A stretch of DNA of 64,000 nucleotides from Octopus sinensis (taxonomy: Eukaryota). The stretch covers positions 11,532,001 to 11,596,000 of the forward strand of contig NC_043016.1 in the NCBI RefSeq assembly GCF_006345805.1, in the 5' to 3' direction. Every line of letters begins with the position of its first letter. Within the stretch, counting starts at the first letter, position 1. Shown in pieces: positions 1 through 11,945 of the stretch. Under the pieces are notes generated by a model, which saw nothing but the letters and a program-made list of their open reading frames with translations, was not told where the DNA came from and ran no database searches. A program made the position numbers and the translations under genes.

Positions 1-171
1 ACAATTCTTAACCCTTTCGCTACCATAACAAAACCCTTTAACAAACTCTAAGCCAGTGTTTCCCCTTACATTGGGGTTTGTACAAATTGCCAGTGTTTAG
101 TAAAATTATTGTATTTTCTAGTATACAATTCAACATAGTATATAGTGTAAACATTAAAACATTGCCACATA

Positions 172-319
172 GGCGCAGGAGTGGCTGTGTGGTAAGTAAC
201 ATGCTTACCAACCACATGGTTCCGGGTTCAATCTTGGGCAAGTGTCTTCTGCTATAGCCCCGGGACGACCAATGCCTTGTGAGTGGATTTGGTAGACGGA
301 AACTGAAAGAAGCATGTTG

Positions 320-366
<47 letters not shown>

Positions 367-578
367 ATACGTTTGTGTGTCTGTTTGTCCCCCTGGCATT
401 GCTTGACAACCAATGCTGGTGTGTTTACGTCCCCGTTACTTAGCGGTTCAGCAAAAGAGACTGATACAATAAGTACTGGGCTTACAAAGAATAAGTTCCG
501 GGGTCGAGTTGCTCGACTAAAGGCAGTGCTCCAGCATGGCCGCAGTCAAATGACTGAAACAAGTAAAAGAGTAAAGAG
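172..578 (+). mobile_element. tRNA-derived SINE, family A, near full length
   Basis: Head GGCGCAGGAGTGGCTGTGTGGTAAG...GGTTC with A/B-box-like motifs, CORE-like CTTGGGCAAGTGTCTTCT, internal (TA)n(TG)n, 3' end GACTGAAACAAGTAAAAGAG; about 20 homologous copies in the window. Confidence 0.9.
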
Positions 579-699
579 TATATGGATGACAAAATCTATT
601 TCGTTTTTCTCCTTAATAAAATGGGAGTGGGAGGGGAAGAAACATTTTTCACAGTTAATTTCAGTGGGGAGTGGTTTAAGAACTCTTCTTGCAACTGTT

Positions 700-960
700 G
701 CTGCTTACCATTTTCTCAACCATAAACACAGACACACTCTCAAACCAACCAGTTTTCAATCTTGTTCTCCACAGAACATCAAATACCCCATCCATCCCGC
801 TGGAACATGAAATTCCATCTTCCACCCACATTTGTATACCCAGCTTCTTTTTTCTTCCTTTGCATCCACTGAGTTACAGATGTTTCAAGTGACTATCAGT
901 GTCACCCATCTCATAAGTCACCCCCATCTCCCTGTGTGAAGTACATGGCCATGGCCACCA
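700..960 (-). mobile_element. Possible highly decayed RTE LINE C-terminal coding remnant
   Basis: Minus-strand fragments such as GHVLH, MRWVT and DVLWRTRLK weakly resemble the RTE post-RT region; many disablements. Confidence 0.3.
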
Positions 961-1108
961 CTCCTTCCTTCATGACTAACCCTGAAATAAAGTGTTTACC
1001 AGTCTATCATTTAAAATACAGGCAGAAGCATTTCTGCTCTAATTATCATATATTGAATACACACACACACACACATGTATGTGTGTATGTATATATATAT
1101 ATATATAT

Positions 1109-1482
1109 GCGTAGGAGTGGCTGTGTGGTAAGTAGCTTGTTTACCAACCACATGTTTCCGGGTTCAGTCCCACTGCGTGGCACCTTGGGCAAGTGTCTTC
1201 TACTATAGCCTCGGGCCGACCAAAGCCTTGTGAGTGGATTTGGTAGACGTATATATGTATATATATATGTGCGTGTGTGTGTCTGTGTTTTACCCCCCAA
1301 CATCTCTTGACAACCGATGCTGGTGTGTTTACGTCTCCGTAACTTAGCGGCTCAGCAAAAAGTGACCGATAGAATAAGTACAAGGCTTACAAAGAATAAG
1401 ACCTGGGGTTGATTTGCTCGACTAAAAAAAAAAGGCGGTGCTCCAGCATGGCCGCAGTCAAATGACTGAAACAAAAAGAATA
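1109..1482 (+). mobile_element. SINE family A
   Basis: Same head, body and tail as 172-578, with a short internal deletion. Confidence 0.9.
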
Positions 1483-1611
1483 AAAAAATATGTATATATA
1501 TGTGTGTGTGTGTGTGTGTGTATTTTTTATATATATAATGGAATAATACTACTATGAAGCATTGTGTAGGATATACTGTCAATTTTACTGTTTGTGTATA
1601 TATATATATAC

Positions 1612-2040
1612 ATATAAAAACACCATCCGAGCGTGGCCGTTCGCCAGCCGTCGTCTGGCACCTGTGTCGGTGGCACATAAAAAACACCATCCGAGCGTGG
1701 CCGTCTGCCAGCCTCGTCTGGCACCTGTGTCGGTGGCACATAAAAAACACCATCCGAGCGTGGCCGTCTGCCAGCCTCGTCTGGCACCTGTGTCGGTGGC
1801 ACATAAAAAACACCATCCGAGCGTGGCCGTTTGTCAGCCTCGTCTGGCACTGTGTCGGTGGCACATAAAATCACCCACTACACTCTCGGAGTGGTTGGCG
1901 TTAGGAAGGGCATCCAGCTGTAGAAACACTGCCAGATCTGACTGGCCTGGTGCAGCCTTCGGGCTCCCCAGACCCCAGTTGAACCGTCCCACCCATGCTA
2001 GCATGGAAAGCGGACGTTATATGATGATGATGAAGATGAT
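1612..2040 (+). mobile_element. RTE LINE 3' end (family C) with four tandem 62-63-bp units
   Basis: GGCACATAAAAAACACC recurs at 1672, 1735, 1798, 1860; followed by GGCGTTAGGAAGGGCATCCAGCTG...GGACGTTA and a (GAT)n tail. Confidence 0.85.
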
Positions 2041-3172
2041 ATAGATATATATATATATATATCATCATCATCATCATTTAGCATGTTTTCTATGCTGGCA
2101 TGGGTTTTATGTATTTTATGTACAGACACACATTATATATATTATTATGTGGTTAGCTTCTTTTTATCTTTCTTTTTTTTTTAACCAGACATAAATGTAA
2201 AAAAAAAATTATTTTACCAACCCACTACACTCTTTCTTCCTCAAACTGAATGCCACCATTCCCACATGGACAACGTACTAGCTCTACAATATGCTAACTA
2301 ACATGTGGATTATATATTGAGATCTATTATCAGCCGAGGTAATTGTCTCCTGTCATTTGTGATGCCTTAGCATTGTTGATAAAGAATATTGTAATTTGCT
2401 GTTGTCTTGCACCAGGTCAGGTCTGAAACAAGGGAAGGATCTGTGTTTGAAGAATTTCCAGCTATAACTGTCTAATCTTTTCCAGTCATCCAAATGCATG
2501 TGTGTGTGTACATATCATCATCATTATGACATATAAATAGATATATATATATAGGAGATGTACTCGCATAGCAAGTGATTTGATCTGAGATCGTGTGCTG
2601 GAATGAAAACAATTGCAGCGTGGAAGGTGTTTGTAAGCCATTTAAGAAACACACAAAAGCCGTTCGATTCACTTCAACATTTAAGTTTAATTTGTCAAAA
2701 TATTTTGTCGCTAAAATCTGCGACCTGTTCACTGACAAAAATTCATGCTGCATCTGCATATATATATTATAATATATATATATATATAATATATATATAC
2801 ACACACACACACACACAGGTATGTATGTATATGTAGTAAAGGTAAAGGAAGGAAAACAGAAAGCTTCTAACAATGTAGAAAGTATTGCAAAAATCTTAGT
2901 ATTTCAGTGCAAAGGCCCATCCTCAGAAGGAATTAGTTCAAGAAATATGTGTGTCTAATAAATGTAAGTATGTATGTATGTATGTATCTATGTCTGTCTG
3001 TAAAGGTGCGAAAATGAATATTACCAATTGGTTGATAAATAATGAAAAATTACAGACTTCCTGCTTGTCTCCCATCCATTTTTACATTCGGTATATGTTA
3101 CATCGTTTGTTTATACATTTTTTTTCATTTATCAAGTAATGGAATGCAACACACTCTGAATTTTTATTATAT

Positions 3173-3530
3173 ATATCATCATCGTCGTTTAACATCCGTT
3201 TTCCATGCTGCTGCAGGTTGGACGGTTTGACTGGAGGCCACACCAGGCTCCCTTCCAATCTGGCAATGTTTTCTACAGCTGGATGCCCTTCCTAACGCCT
3301 ACCACTCTGAGAGCATAGTGGGTGCTTTTTACGTGCCACCGGCACAGGAGCCAGTCAGGCAGCACTGGCATTGGCTACATTTGGATGGTGCTTTTTACAT
3401 GCTACTGGCACAGGAGCCAATCGGGTCGGGGTGACTGGCATCAACTACATTTGGATGGTGCTTTTTCGTCCCACTGGCACGGGGAGCCAGTCAAGCGGCA
3501 CTGATAACAACCCATGCATAAATGGTGCTT
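3173..3530 (-). mobile_element. RTE LINE 3' end (family C)
   Basis: Reverse complement of the 1612-2040 type, (CAT)n at the left end, several diverged repeat units. Confidence 0.85.
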
Positions 3531-3534
3531 ATTG

Positions 3535-3865
3535 CATGCAAGGCGAGGAGCCTCCATTGAGCCGATCTTAAATTCCTCTGTTATGAGCCTGGACGATGAT
3601 GATGGTAAATAGGAGAGGCTGAAAAACAAGCCTTGGTGAATACCTACCTGTACACTAAATCCACCACTGTACTCATGACTAACACTTACCTTACCTACGG
3701 CACCCATCTACATGGCCTGTTCTGCTTTCACAAGCCACTCATTTATCCCTAGCTTCCTCAGAGACCACCAGAACACAGAGCATTGTATGCTGTCGAAGCC
3801 TTTCTCCAGATAAACAAATGTCAAGTACAACAGCATATTTTTAGCTAAATACTTCTCTTGAAGTG
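3535..3865 (-). pseudogene. RTE-clade reverse transcriptase remnant
   Basis: Minus strand reads LQEKYLAK..LYLTFVYLEKGFD..WWSLRKLGINEWLVK..EYSGGFSVQVGIHQG, matching RTE RT motifs (FVDLEKAFD, VGVHQG); stops and frameshifts present. Confidence 0.85.
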
Positions 3866-4281
3866 TTCAAAATATTGTGATTTATCCAGAATATAGTATA
3901 ATGGGTGAGGTTTACAGTTCAAGATAGTTTCCCATCAGTATATCTAAAGTATTCTAACATAACTGGAATATATCCTGTTTAAGAATACACACACATCTAT
4001 TACAAAGCAATACAAACATTTCCTAGCATATTTACCTTATGATCCTTCCTTAAGAATATATGTATTTAAGAATGATGAAGTGAAAATGGTAAATTAGTTA
4101 AGCACTCTAAGAATACATTGTGATGGTGCCAAAGACAACAAAATAGCTAGGATACATAAATTATTATCCAACAGTAACACAACAACTGCTTTCAAACATC
4201 AAGGGTGTTTCCTTTTGTGTGTATGTGTTATATATATATTTATATTTATGTGTATGTTTTATATATTAATATACATATTAG

Positions 4282-4327
<46 letters not shown>

Positions 4328-4519
4328 ATCATAAGTATATACACAGCTGGGATAGCCATTAAAGTGCCTGTCTGTCTATTAGTTGAATGGCGGTACATCT
4401 TCACCACTTAGTTATGGTGTGTTTGGGAGAGAGTCACTCAACTTTTATCCGCTCAGTACATAATACAGCTTTAAATAGATACAATAAGGATGAATAGTTC
4501 ACTGCCACAATAAAGGTCG

Positions 4520-4696
4520 CTTGACCTGCTAGAAATAGCAACCAAATGTATTTCAATTTACATCATGCTATCTTGAAAGGAAGAAAGAAAGATCTACGTG
4601 TATTCAGGATAATGATATTGTAGTCATGGATTCATATATTACACCTTAAACAGAATTTCGATGATCATTTTTGGAATGTCTTTGAGAGTAGGTCTG
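4520..4696. repeat. Interspersed repeat family F fragment
   Basis: GACCTGCTAGAAATAGCAACCAAAT...GGAATGTCTTTGAGAGTAGGTCTG resembles 50405-50600. Confidence 0.5.
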
Positions 4697-4894
4697 TTGA
4701 CCCATTAGTGTTTGAACCAGCCATATCCGGCTCAAATATTCCAGCTGTTTTATGTTCAAACTAGCAAGATTCAGCCCTTTACACCTACCCTACAACATCA
4801 TTCTAAAATTAAATAAACACACCATTAAAATTTGAAAGCTACAATAGAAATAGATATTACATTCAACAGAGTAATCTGAATGCTAAAGAATTGA
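4697..4894. mobile_element. piggyBac-type TTAA MITE, family 2 (decayed)
   Basis: Degenerate TTAACCCTTTAGCA...TGCTAAAGGGTTAA ends; homologous to 8339, 53113 and 56614 copies. Confidence 0.75.
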
Positions 4895-5180
4895 ACCTTG
4901 GCGCTTTAGTGGATGGCATTGCGAATAGATTTGGTAGACAGTAAGCAAAGCAAGCTTATTGTGTAGGGGAGACGTCTCTGACATCACCATCATACAAGTG
5001 GAGTTCATTATTTCCTGTCTACCTTGAAATTATATCTGACATGGGGATATATTACCTTGATTGGAAAGAGGTAAGGGTTGGCAACCGGAACAATGCAGTC
5101 AGCCATAGAAAAATCTTTCTCAGGTAAACTCTCCTTGACCCAGACAAGCACGGTAAAAAGTGAATGTTAAAACAACCACC
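4895..5180 (+). mobile_element. Old SINE remnant (family A head with RTE-like tail variant)
   Basis: GGGGATATATTACCTTG..GGTTGGCAACCGGAAC..AGCCATAGAAAAATCT..GTGAATGTTAAAAC matches tails at 11340, 18250 and 39200. Confidence 0.6.
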
Positions 5181-5235
5181 ACAGTGACAAGCAAGATACA
5201 CCTTTTCTATTTCCAATATTTCCTTATTTGAAAGA

Positions 5236-6125
5236 CAGTGAGCTGACTAAATTGTTAGCACATTGGTCGAAATGCTTAGCGGCATTTCATCTGTCTGCAT
5301 GTTCTGAGCTCGAACTCTGCCAAAGTCAACTTTGTCTTTTAGCCTTTCAGAGTCGATAACATAGGTGCCAGTACTTTTTTATATGCCACAACTTTCTCCT
5401 TTAAATTGAATCATACTATTCTTTCTATTTTGATTTCTACTACTTCTTAATTAATCTATTCTATGATGAAATAAAAATAAATATAATTTTATAAATCAAA
5501 AAAATAATGTAATCAATGTGATCAACTTAACCCCTCTTCTGAAATTGTTGGCCTTGTGTGAAGTTTGAAACCCATTAGCATACTGTACAAAATATTTAGC
5601 AACATTTCTTCTGGCCTTACATTCTGTATTCCAATGCTGCTGTGATTGACTTTACCTTTCATCTTTTCAGGGTTGCTAAAATAAGTACTGATTGAATATT
5701 GGGGCTGATGTAATCATCTTACCCACTTCCTTGAAAATAGGACCCAATATTTCCTTACCTAATTTATGCTGACTCTGACCATTATCGTGAAGATTATTGA
5801 TTCAAGATACTATCTTTCTTTATCTCCACTGATAGACATACATTGGCATCGGCAATTTGGCTGAGTTATTAGAACATCAGAACAGAATGCCTGTCACTGC
5901 ATTTGTACCAACATTCTGTTCTCTGAGTTCAAATCTTGTTGAGGTCAACTTTACTTGTCATATTTTCAGGTTCTTTAAAAAAAAAATATCATTCTAAGGC
6001 TTTGGAGCAGTAAACACCATAAAAACAGAACCTTGATGCCTCGTAGTGTTTGTTCCAGCTGTTTGAGTTCTGAGTTGAAATCCCATCAAGGTCCACCTGG
6101 TTGGTAAACTTCCTAATTTAACACC
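5236..6125 (+). mobile_element. Cluster of old family B SINE fragments
   Basis: Four repeats of TTCTGAGTTCAAAT..GTCAACTTT..CTTTCATC.TTTCAGGG at about 5300, 5630, 5920 and 6070. Confidence 0.7.
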
Positions 6126-6429
6126 ACCATCATCACCAGCCACTTTCGGTGCCTTTAGCAGATTCCACTCTGTTGCAAACATTTTGCCTAGTCTTTAGTT
6201 TCCTTCCAGTCTCAGAGACCTTGTAAAAAAAATCGTAGGCACTATCTTATAAATTTTTGAGATAACATGAAATAATTCTTTATTGGAACAGTGGGGCTCA
6301 AAGCAGATAAAGCTATAAATAACAGCATGTAAATATTACAGTGGAAAAGAAATTATTCCACATTCTTGAAAGTTTAAAAATTCCTGTGACTTCAACAACA
6401 TACAATTCTTGCTGGTAAGAAACAAATTT

Positions 6430-6752
6430 GGTACTGGTGCCATGTAAAAAGCATTGGTGATGGTACCACACAAAAAGCACTGGTGTCAATGCTACATAAA
6501 AAGGACTGGTGATGGTGCCACATAAAAAGCACCAGTGCTGGCATCATGGAAAAAGCACTGATGATGGTGCCACATAAAAAGCACTCTGTAAACTCTGTAT
6601 TCTCTGTAAACTGGTTGACATTAGGAAGGGCAACTGTAGAAAGAATACCAAAACTTACAATGGAACCCAGTGTGACTCCTGGTCTTGCTAGCTCCTGTCA
6701 AACCATTCAACCCATGCCATCATGGAAAAATGGTCATTAAATGATGATGATG
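6430..6752 (+). mobile_element. RTE-type 3' end (family C variant) with six short approximately 26-bp units
   Basis: Tandem GGTGCCACATAAAAAGCACT-like units, then GTTGACATTAGGAAGGGC and a (GAT)n tail. Confidence 0.75.
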
Positions 6753-6959
6753 AAATATGACTGATGCATGTGTTATTTTGATTGGTTCATCTATTTACAT
6801 CAGTAGTTTAGGATTTCAGTGTGTCGTGAGCTCTAGGACCCGTAAAGCCGGAACTTAACCCAGTTTTCAATGCATGTGACTGCAATTAAAACATCCACCT
6901 ACCCACTCCCCCACCTAGTGGGATAATGGTCTGTTGCACCAACAATTTCCCAGCAATTT

Positions 6960-7100
6960 CAGGAACCCAATTTACAACTGAACGGACTGGAGCAACATGA
7001 AGTGTTTTGCTCAAGAACACAATGCACCACCCAATCCAGGAATTGAAACCACCGTCTTATGATCATGAGTGCAACACCATAACCATTAAGCCATGTGACT
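6960..7100 (-). mobile_element. tRNA-derived SINE, family D-like
   Basis: Reverse complement has GGCTTAATGGTT..GGTTTCAATTCCTGG..GTGTTCTTGAGCAAAACAC..TTGCTCCAGTCCGTTCAG, related to 34797. Confidence 0.7.
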
Positions 7101-7577
7101 TCACACATTAGCGAACAGTACAGAAAATCTACGATAAAGTAGAATGGATTTGCAAATGAAAATGGCACTTGTAAAAAATAAAAGAACCCCAGGCATCATT
7201 TAACATTATTAATAATGGTTTCACCAAAGTGTGTTGCTAGTTGTCATATATTCTCTCTTGAAGGCAATAGACAGAATATAATGACCAATTATATATGCCA
7301 CAGAACCTCACAAAACTAAACACCTATATCTAAGTCTTGTCCAAGCCTAATTAGGTTTCCTTTGAGGAAACCAATGCCAATGTTAGCGATTCCTACAACC
7401 CATGAATACACAAACACTTTCCACTCTACAAGAATGAAGGACAACCTAGGATAATGAGACTAAGATATAAAAAATTCATAATCAAGCATAACTTTTGTGT
7501 AGTCCCATCAACAGCTGCCCACACTGGTATCACTCTGGTTTTGACGCCTCTTTAACTCACATATCTTACTCACCTGA

Positions 7578-7945
7578 GCCCTTTTGATACCAACCTGTCC
7601 AAGACCACTCCAGTTCTACAATACAAACTTCCTGTTTTAAAGTGATCAAAGCAAAAATCTTCCATCAAAATTTCATATAAATTTGTTTCAAACACCATTT
7701 TAATAATCTCTTCCACTATTGGCACAAAACCTGAAATTTGATGGGGAGGTGGGGGATAACCAATACATCAACCTCAGTGCTCTACTGGTGCTTATTTCAT
7801 TGACCCCCCACCCCAAAGGATAAAAGACAGTCAACCTTGGTGAAACACCAATTTAATAATGGCAAAATTATTGTACTAAATTCTTTATTTTCAAAATTAA
7901 TTGAAACGAAAGTAGTAGATTTCAACAGAAATATAAAAAAAGTTA
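7578..7945. mobile_element. TTAA MITE family 1 variant interrupted by a SINE fragment (about 7715-7845)
   Basis: CCCTTTTGATACCAACC start; ACTAAATTCTTT..AAAATTAATTGAAA..TTTCAACAGAAATAT end, as in the array units. Confidence 0.65.
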
Positions 7946-8249
7946 AATACTCATACACACAGGATTATAGTTGCAACTTTTCAATAAAGAAGCATTTTTG
8001 CATAAACATTTGAATTCATGCTCCTGAGTATATCGAGTGAGAACAAAGCTTTAATTACTGCTAATTATTAAATCACTTATGATTTGGAGTGCACATGAAC
8101 TAAAAGATGACTTTAAAAAAATTTTTTTTTACTCTTTTAAATGATGTTAGTTTTTTTAAAAATGCAAAATTAACCTAATTCCTTTCTTGATATTATCATT
8201 AATACCACAAAACAATATGAAAGACTTTGTTTAAAGCATCTTTTACTTT

Positions 8250-8835
8250 CTATATTTCATGTGTCTTGGTCATTGGACTGCAGCCATTCTTAGGCACCAC
8301 CTTGAAAGGTTCCCAGTCAACCCCAGTACTTTTTTTTTTTAACCATTTAGCATTCAGATTATTGCAACAAATGTAAAGCTCATTAATTTACATTGTTTTT
8401 AATTAATCATGCATTATTTAGTAACTTAGAGATTTCAGTGATGTGACTATTTCCTTTTAGAATGGCATTGTAGGGTTGGTGTAAGAGGTAGTATCTGGCC
8501 GGTTTGAAACTAATACAGGTAGAATAGCTTGGATGGATACGGCCAGTTCAAATACTAAAGGGTTAAATCCTGGTACTTAATCTATTAGTCTCTTTTTGCT
8601 GAACCACTAAGTTACAGGGGTCATAAACACACCAGCACCAGTTATCAAGCAGTGCTGGGAAAGAAACACACACATACGCACATATATACGAAGGGCTTCT
8701 TTCAGTTTCTGTCTACCAAATCTACTCACAAGGCTTTGGTCAGTCCAAGACTATGGTAGAAGACACTTGCCCAATGTGCCACATGGTGGGATTGAACCTG
8801 GGACCATGTGGTTGGGAAGCAAGCTTCTCACCACC
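8250..8835 (-). mobile_element. SINE family A split by a TTAA MITE
   Basis: 3' part at 8250-8338 and 5' part at 8567-8835 are collinear once the MITE is removed. Confidence 0.8.
8339..8566. mobile_element. piggyBac-type TTAA MITE, family 2
   Basis: TTAACCATTTAGCATT...ATACTAAAGGGTTAA; TTAA at both ends. Confidence 0.85.
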
Positions 8836-9566
8836 TGTAGCCATCATCTGTTACTTGCTTTCAGTCATTAGCTACTTTAAAATGTTGAATCATTTGTGTG
8901 TAACCATATACACCTCTCATACCTGACATCTTATGGCTTATATACTCATGAAGTGTTTTCAATGTTTGATGACCTTCTGGATTCCAGCTGCACAGGCACT
9001 CTGCGTTGCACTTCTCTATATTGAATTACTGTGTGGTCTGATAGATGAGTCTGTAAGAGGAGCTTTCTGTGATAGTCACACAATTCTCAGAATCCATATT
9101 TATACTACAAATTACACATATATGTATGGCAACAGGAATTTCTGTCAAAGAGACATTGTTAAACAAGGTCGTACATCATCCCCTCTTTCTCTCACACATC
9201 CACTCTTTCTCTCTCTCTTATTATTATTCCTACTGTCACCATCAACACTACTACTTTATATAAAACATCATCAATCCTCCCTAAATTTCTTTGCCTCTCT
9301 TTCTTTCCCTCTCTTTTCTTTCTCTCTGTCTTCACCACCACCCTCACTGTCTCTGTGCCTAGTATTACTCTCACCCCATCATGAGTAATAGTAGAAGTGT
9401 CATTGAATAGTGGGAGAGAGAGGTCTACGTGTAACACACTGACACACAGAAATTAGTTTTCGCATTTATTATGTTGCTTAGGAGTGCACTGTGTGTTATA
9501 GCAGAAACAGCTGTAACCCAATGGAAGTTCATTGCATATTTTCCTGTTCCTTTGTCACTTATTTAC

Positions 9567-9599
<33 letters not shown>

Positions 9600-9601
<2 letters not shown>

Positions 9602-9817
9602 CTTCTACTTGTTTCAATCATCATTAGATTGCAGCCATGCTAGGGTGCTCCCTTGAAGAATGTGAGTCAAGCAAATTGTCCTAGTACTTATTTTTTTATG
9701 AAGGCCTAATACTCATTTTATCAGTGTGTTTGGCTTAAACGCTAGCTGACAGGGATGTAAACATACACCACCAAATGTCAAGTGGTGATGACAGACAATC
9801 ACACACTCACACACACA

Positions 9818-9862
<45 letters not shown>

Positions 9863-9887
9863 GCACACACATGTGCATATATATATA

Positions 9888-9925
<38 letters not shown>

Positions 9926-10395
9926 GTAAGAGAACCATCCGAACGTGGCCATTGCCAGTACCGCCCCGACTGGTCTCCGTGCCAGTGGCACATAAAAAGC
10001 ACCATCCGTTCGTGGCCGTTTGCCAGCTCTGTCTGGCACCTGTGCGGGTGGCACGTAAAAAGCACCCACTACACTCACGGAGTGGTTGGCGTTAGGAAGG
10101 GCATCCAGCCGTAGAAACATTGCCAGATAAGACTGGGCCTGGTGCAGCCTTCTGGCTTCCCAGACCCCAGTTGAACTGTCCAACCCATGCTAGCATGGAA
10201 AGCGGACGTTAAACAATGATGATGATGATGATATATAACAGGCTTCTTTCAGTTTCCATCGACTAAACTCGCTCACAAGGTTTTTGTTGACCCAGGGCTA
10301 TGGTAGAAGACACTTGTCCAAGGTGACATGCAGTGGGACTGTACCCAGAACCCTGTGGTTGTGAAGCAAGCTACTTACCACGCAGCCATGCCTAC
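9600..10395 (-). mobile_element. SINE family A with a family C insertion in its internal microsatellite
   Basis: 3' half at 9600-9800, microsatellite at 9800-9925, 5' half at 10235-10395. Confidence 0.8.
9930..10232 (+). mobile_element. RTE LINE 3' end (family C)
   Basis: Two diverged repeat units with GGCAC(A/G)TAAAAAGCACC, conserved 3' UTR, (GAT)n tail. Confidence 0.9.
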
Positions 10396-10921
10396 GTCTA
10401 TATACACACAGATTGAAAGAGAGAGAGAGAGAGAGATGGATTGATATAAAGTTATGCATGCACACACACACACACACCCATACACATACACACATGTGCA
10501 TACATTTTTGAGGATTGTATATACTGAGAAAGACGGAATATATAAGAATCTATGCAAGAGTACCATGTTGTGACAACATCTGTTCATGCAGCTGTTTATT
10601 AAATTGTGGGAAAATACTTGTTATTTAATGGGAAAATGATTAGGAGGGGGAGGCCTAAATTTTTATTATCTCATGTTCCTTTATATTTGCTTGTCTTTTT
10701 TTTGTTTTCTCTCCTTTACAATTTTTTTTTGCTGTTGTTAATTTTCAACTCATTTATTATGTTCGTAACTCATGAGGTAAAGCAAAAAATTTTTTTTGTT
10801 TTGCTTAATTTTTTTTTTACCCATTTACTGTGTTCGCAATGCTCATGTTAAAGTGGTGAGGGAGTAGTGCAGAGGGTAGTGGCGTGCATTTTTTTCTTTT
10901 TTATTTCTTTTCTTTTTTTTT

Positions 10922-10955
<34 letters not shown>

Positions 10956-11036
10956 TAACTTCAACAGTTAGGATTGTGTCAGAAACAATTATTAAACATG
11001 AATTTCTTATCAATATTCAAATTTCTTTAACAGGCA

Positions 11037-11400
11037 TAGACATGGCTGTGTAATTAAGAAACTTGCTATTTGCAAGTGGTTTTGGGGTCAATCCCATTGC
11101 ATGACACCTTGGGCAAGAGCCTTCCGCAATAGACCTGGACTGACCAATGCCTTAGTAACAGATTCAGTTGATGGAAACTAAAAGAAGCCTGTTTTGTGTG
11201 TGTATGTGTGTGTGTGCGTGCCCTTGTTTAGATATCACACGATTGTTGTAAACAAGCATAATTGTCATACAACTGACGTTGTTCATTTCCAGTCTTCGAT
11301 GGAAAACAAGTCTGGCCAAGGAGAAATATTAACTTACTTAGAAATGGTTCAGCGTTGGCAACAGGAAGAGCATCCAGTGTTAGAAAATCTGCCTGGTAGG
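11037..11400 (+). mobile_element. SINE with family A head and RTE-like tail
   Basis: CATGGCTGTGTAATTAAGAA..CCTTGGGCAAG..GGAAATATTAACTT..GGCAACAGGAAGAGCATCCAG. Confidence 0.75.
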
Positions 11401-11747
11401 TGGGTGAGTAGGTGTGTCACGGAGTCCTCAGGCATGACTGCATGGTTAGGAAGTCTGCTTTATAACCACACGGGTTTTAGGTTCTGTCCCACTACACAGC
11501 TCCTTGGGCAAATATTTTTTCTTGCCTTGGGTCAGCCAAAGCTTTTTATAATGACATCAGTAGATGTAAACTGCATGGAAACCCATGGATAGGAATGAGC
11601 TGCATGTAGGCACATGCAATTGCAAGTTGTCATTTTTGCTTCTCCCAAGAGATCATCTGACCAAATATTGATACAGTGCTTATATTCATGATGAACATTA
11701 CAGCCCATTGTGCTGCTGTCTCAAAGTAATGGAATAAATTCTCCTAA

Positions 11748-11945
11748 ACTTATTTCGTTTTTGGATTTGGTTTGCAAGATTCTTTATGTGAGTTCGTGTG
11801 TTGAAGCATATTCTGTTGTGTCTGGGGAGAGTCATTCTCTTTTTGTGCCTTATAATGTAAGACTATTGAAAAGGTTGCAAGATGCAACGAAAATTTTAGG
11901 AAAATAAAAAAATAAGTGGAAATTCTCCCAAACTTGTAAACAGGA
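11748..11945. mobile_element. Partial copy of the long-inverted-repeat element at 23078-23357
   Basis: ATATTCTGTTGTGTCTGGGGAGAGTCATT..GAAAAGGTTGCAAGATGCAACGAAAATTTTAGG nearly identical to 23097-23230. Confidence 0.8.

Noticed and set aside
172-250. tRNA genes at SINE heads
   Set aside because: A/B-box-like motifs only; no complete cloverleaf, and always fused to SINE bodies.
1612-1880. CRISPR array interpretation of the GGCACATAAAAAACACC repeats
   Set aside because: The spacers are copies of one another, the module is part of an RTE 3' end, the context is eukaryotic, and no cas genes are present.
1352-2044. Overlapping 104-170-aa ORFs with repeated peptides
   Set aside because: Translations of the 63-bp tandem unit in several frames.
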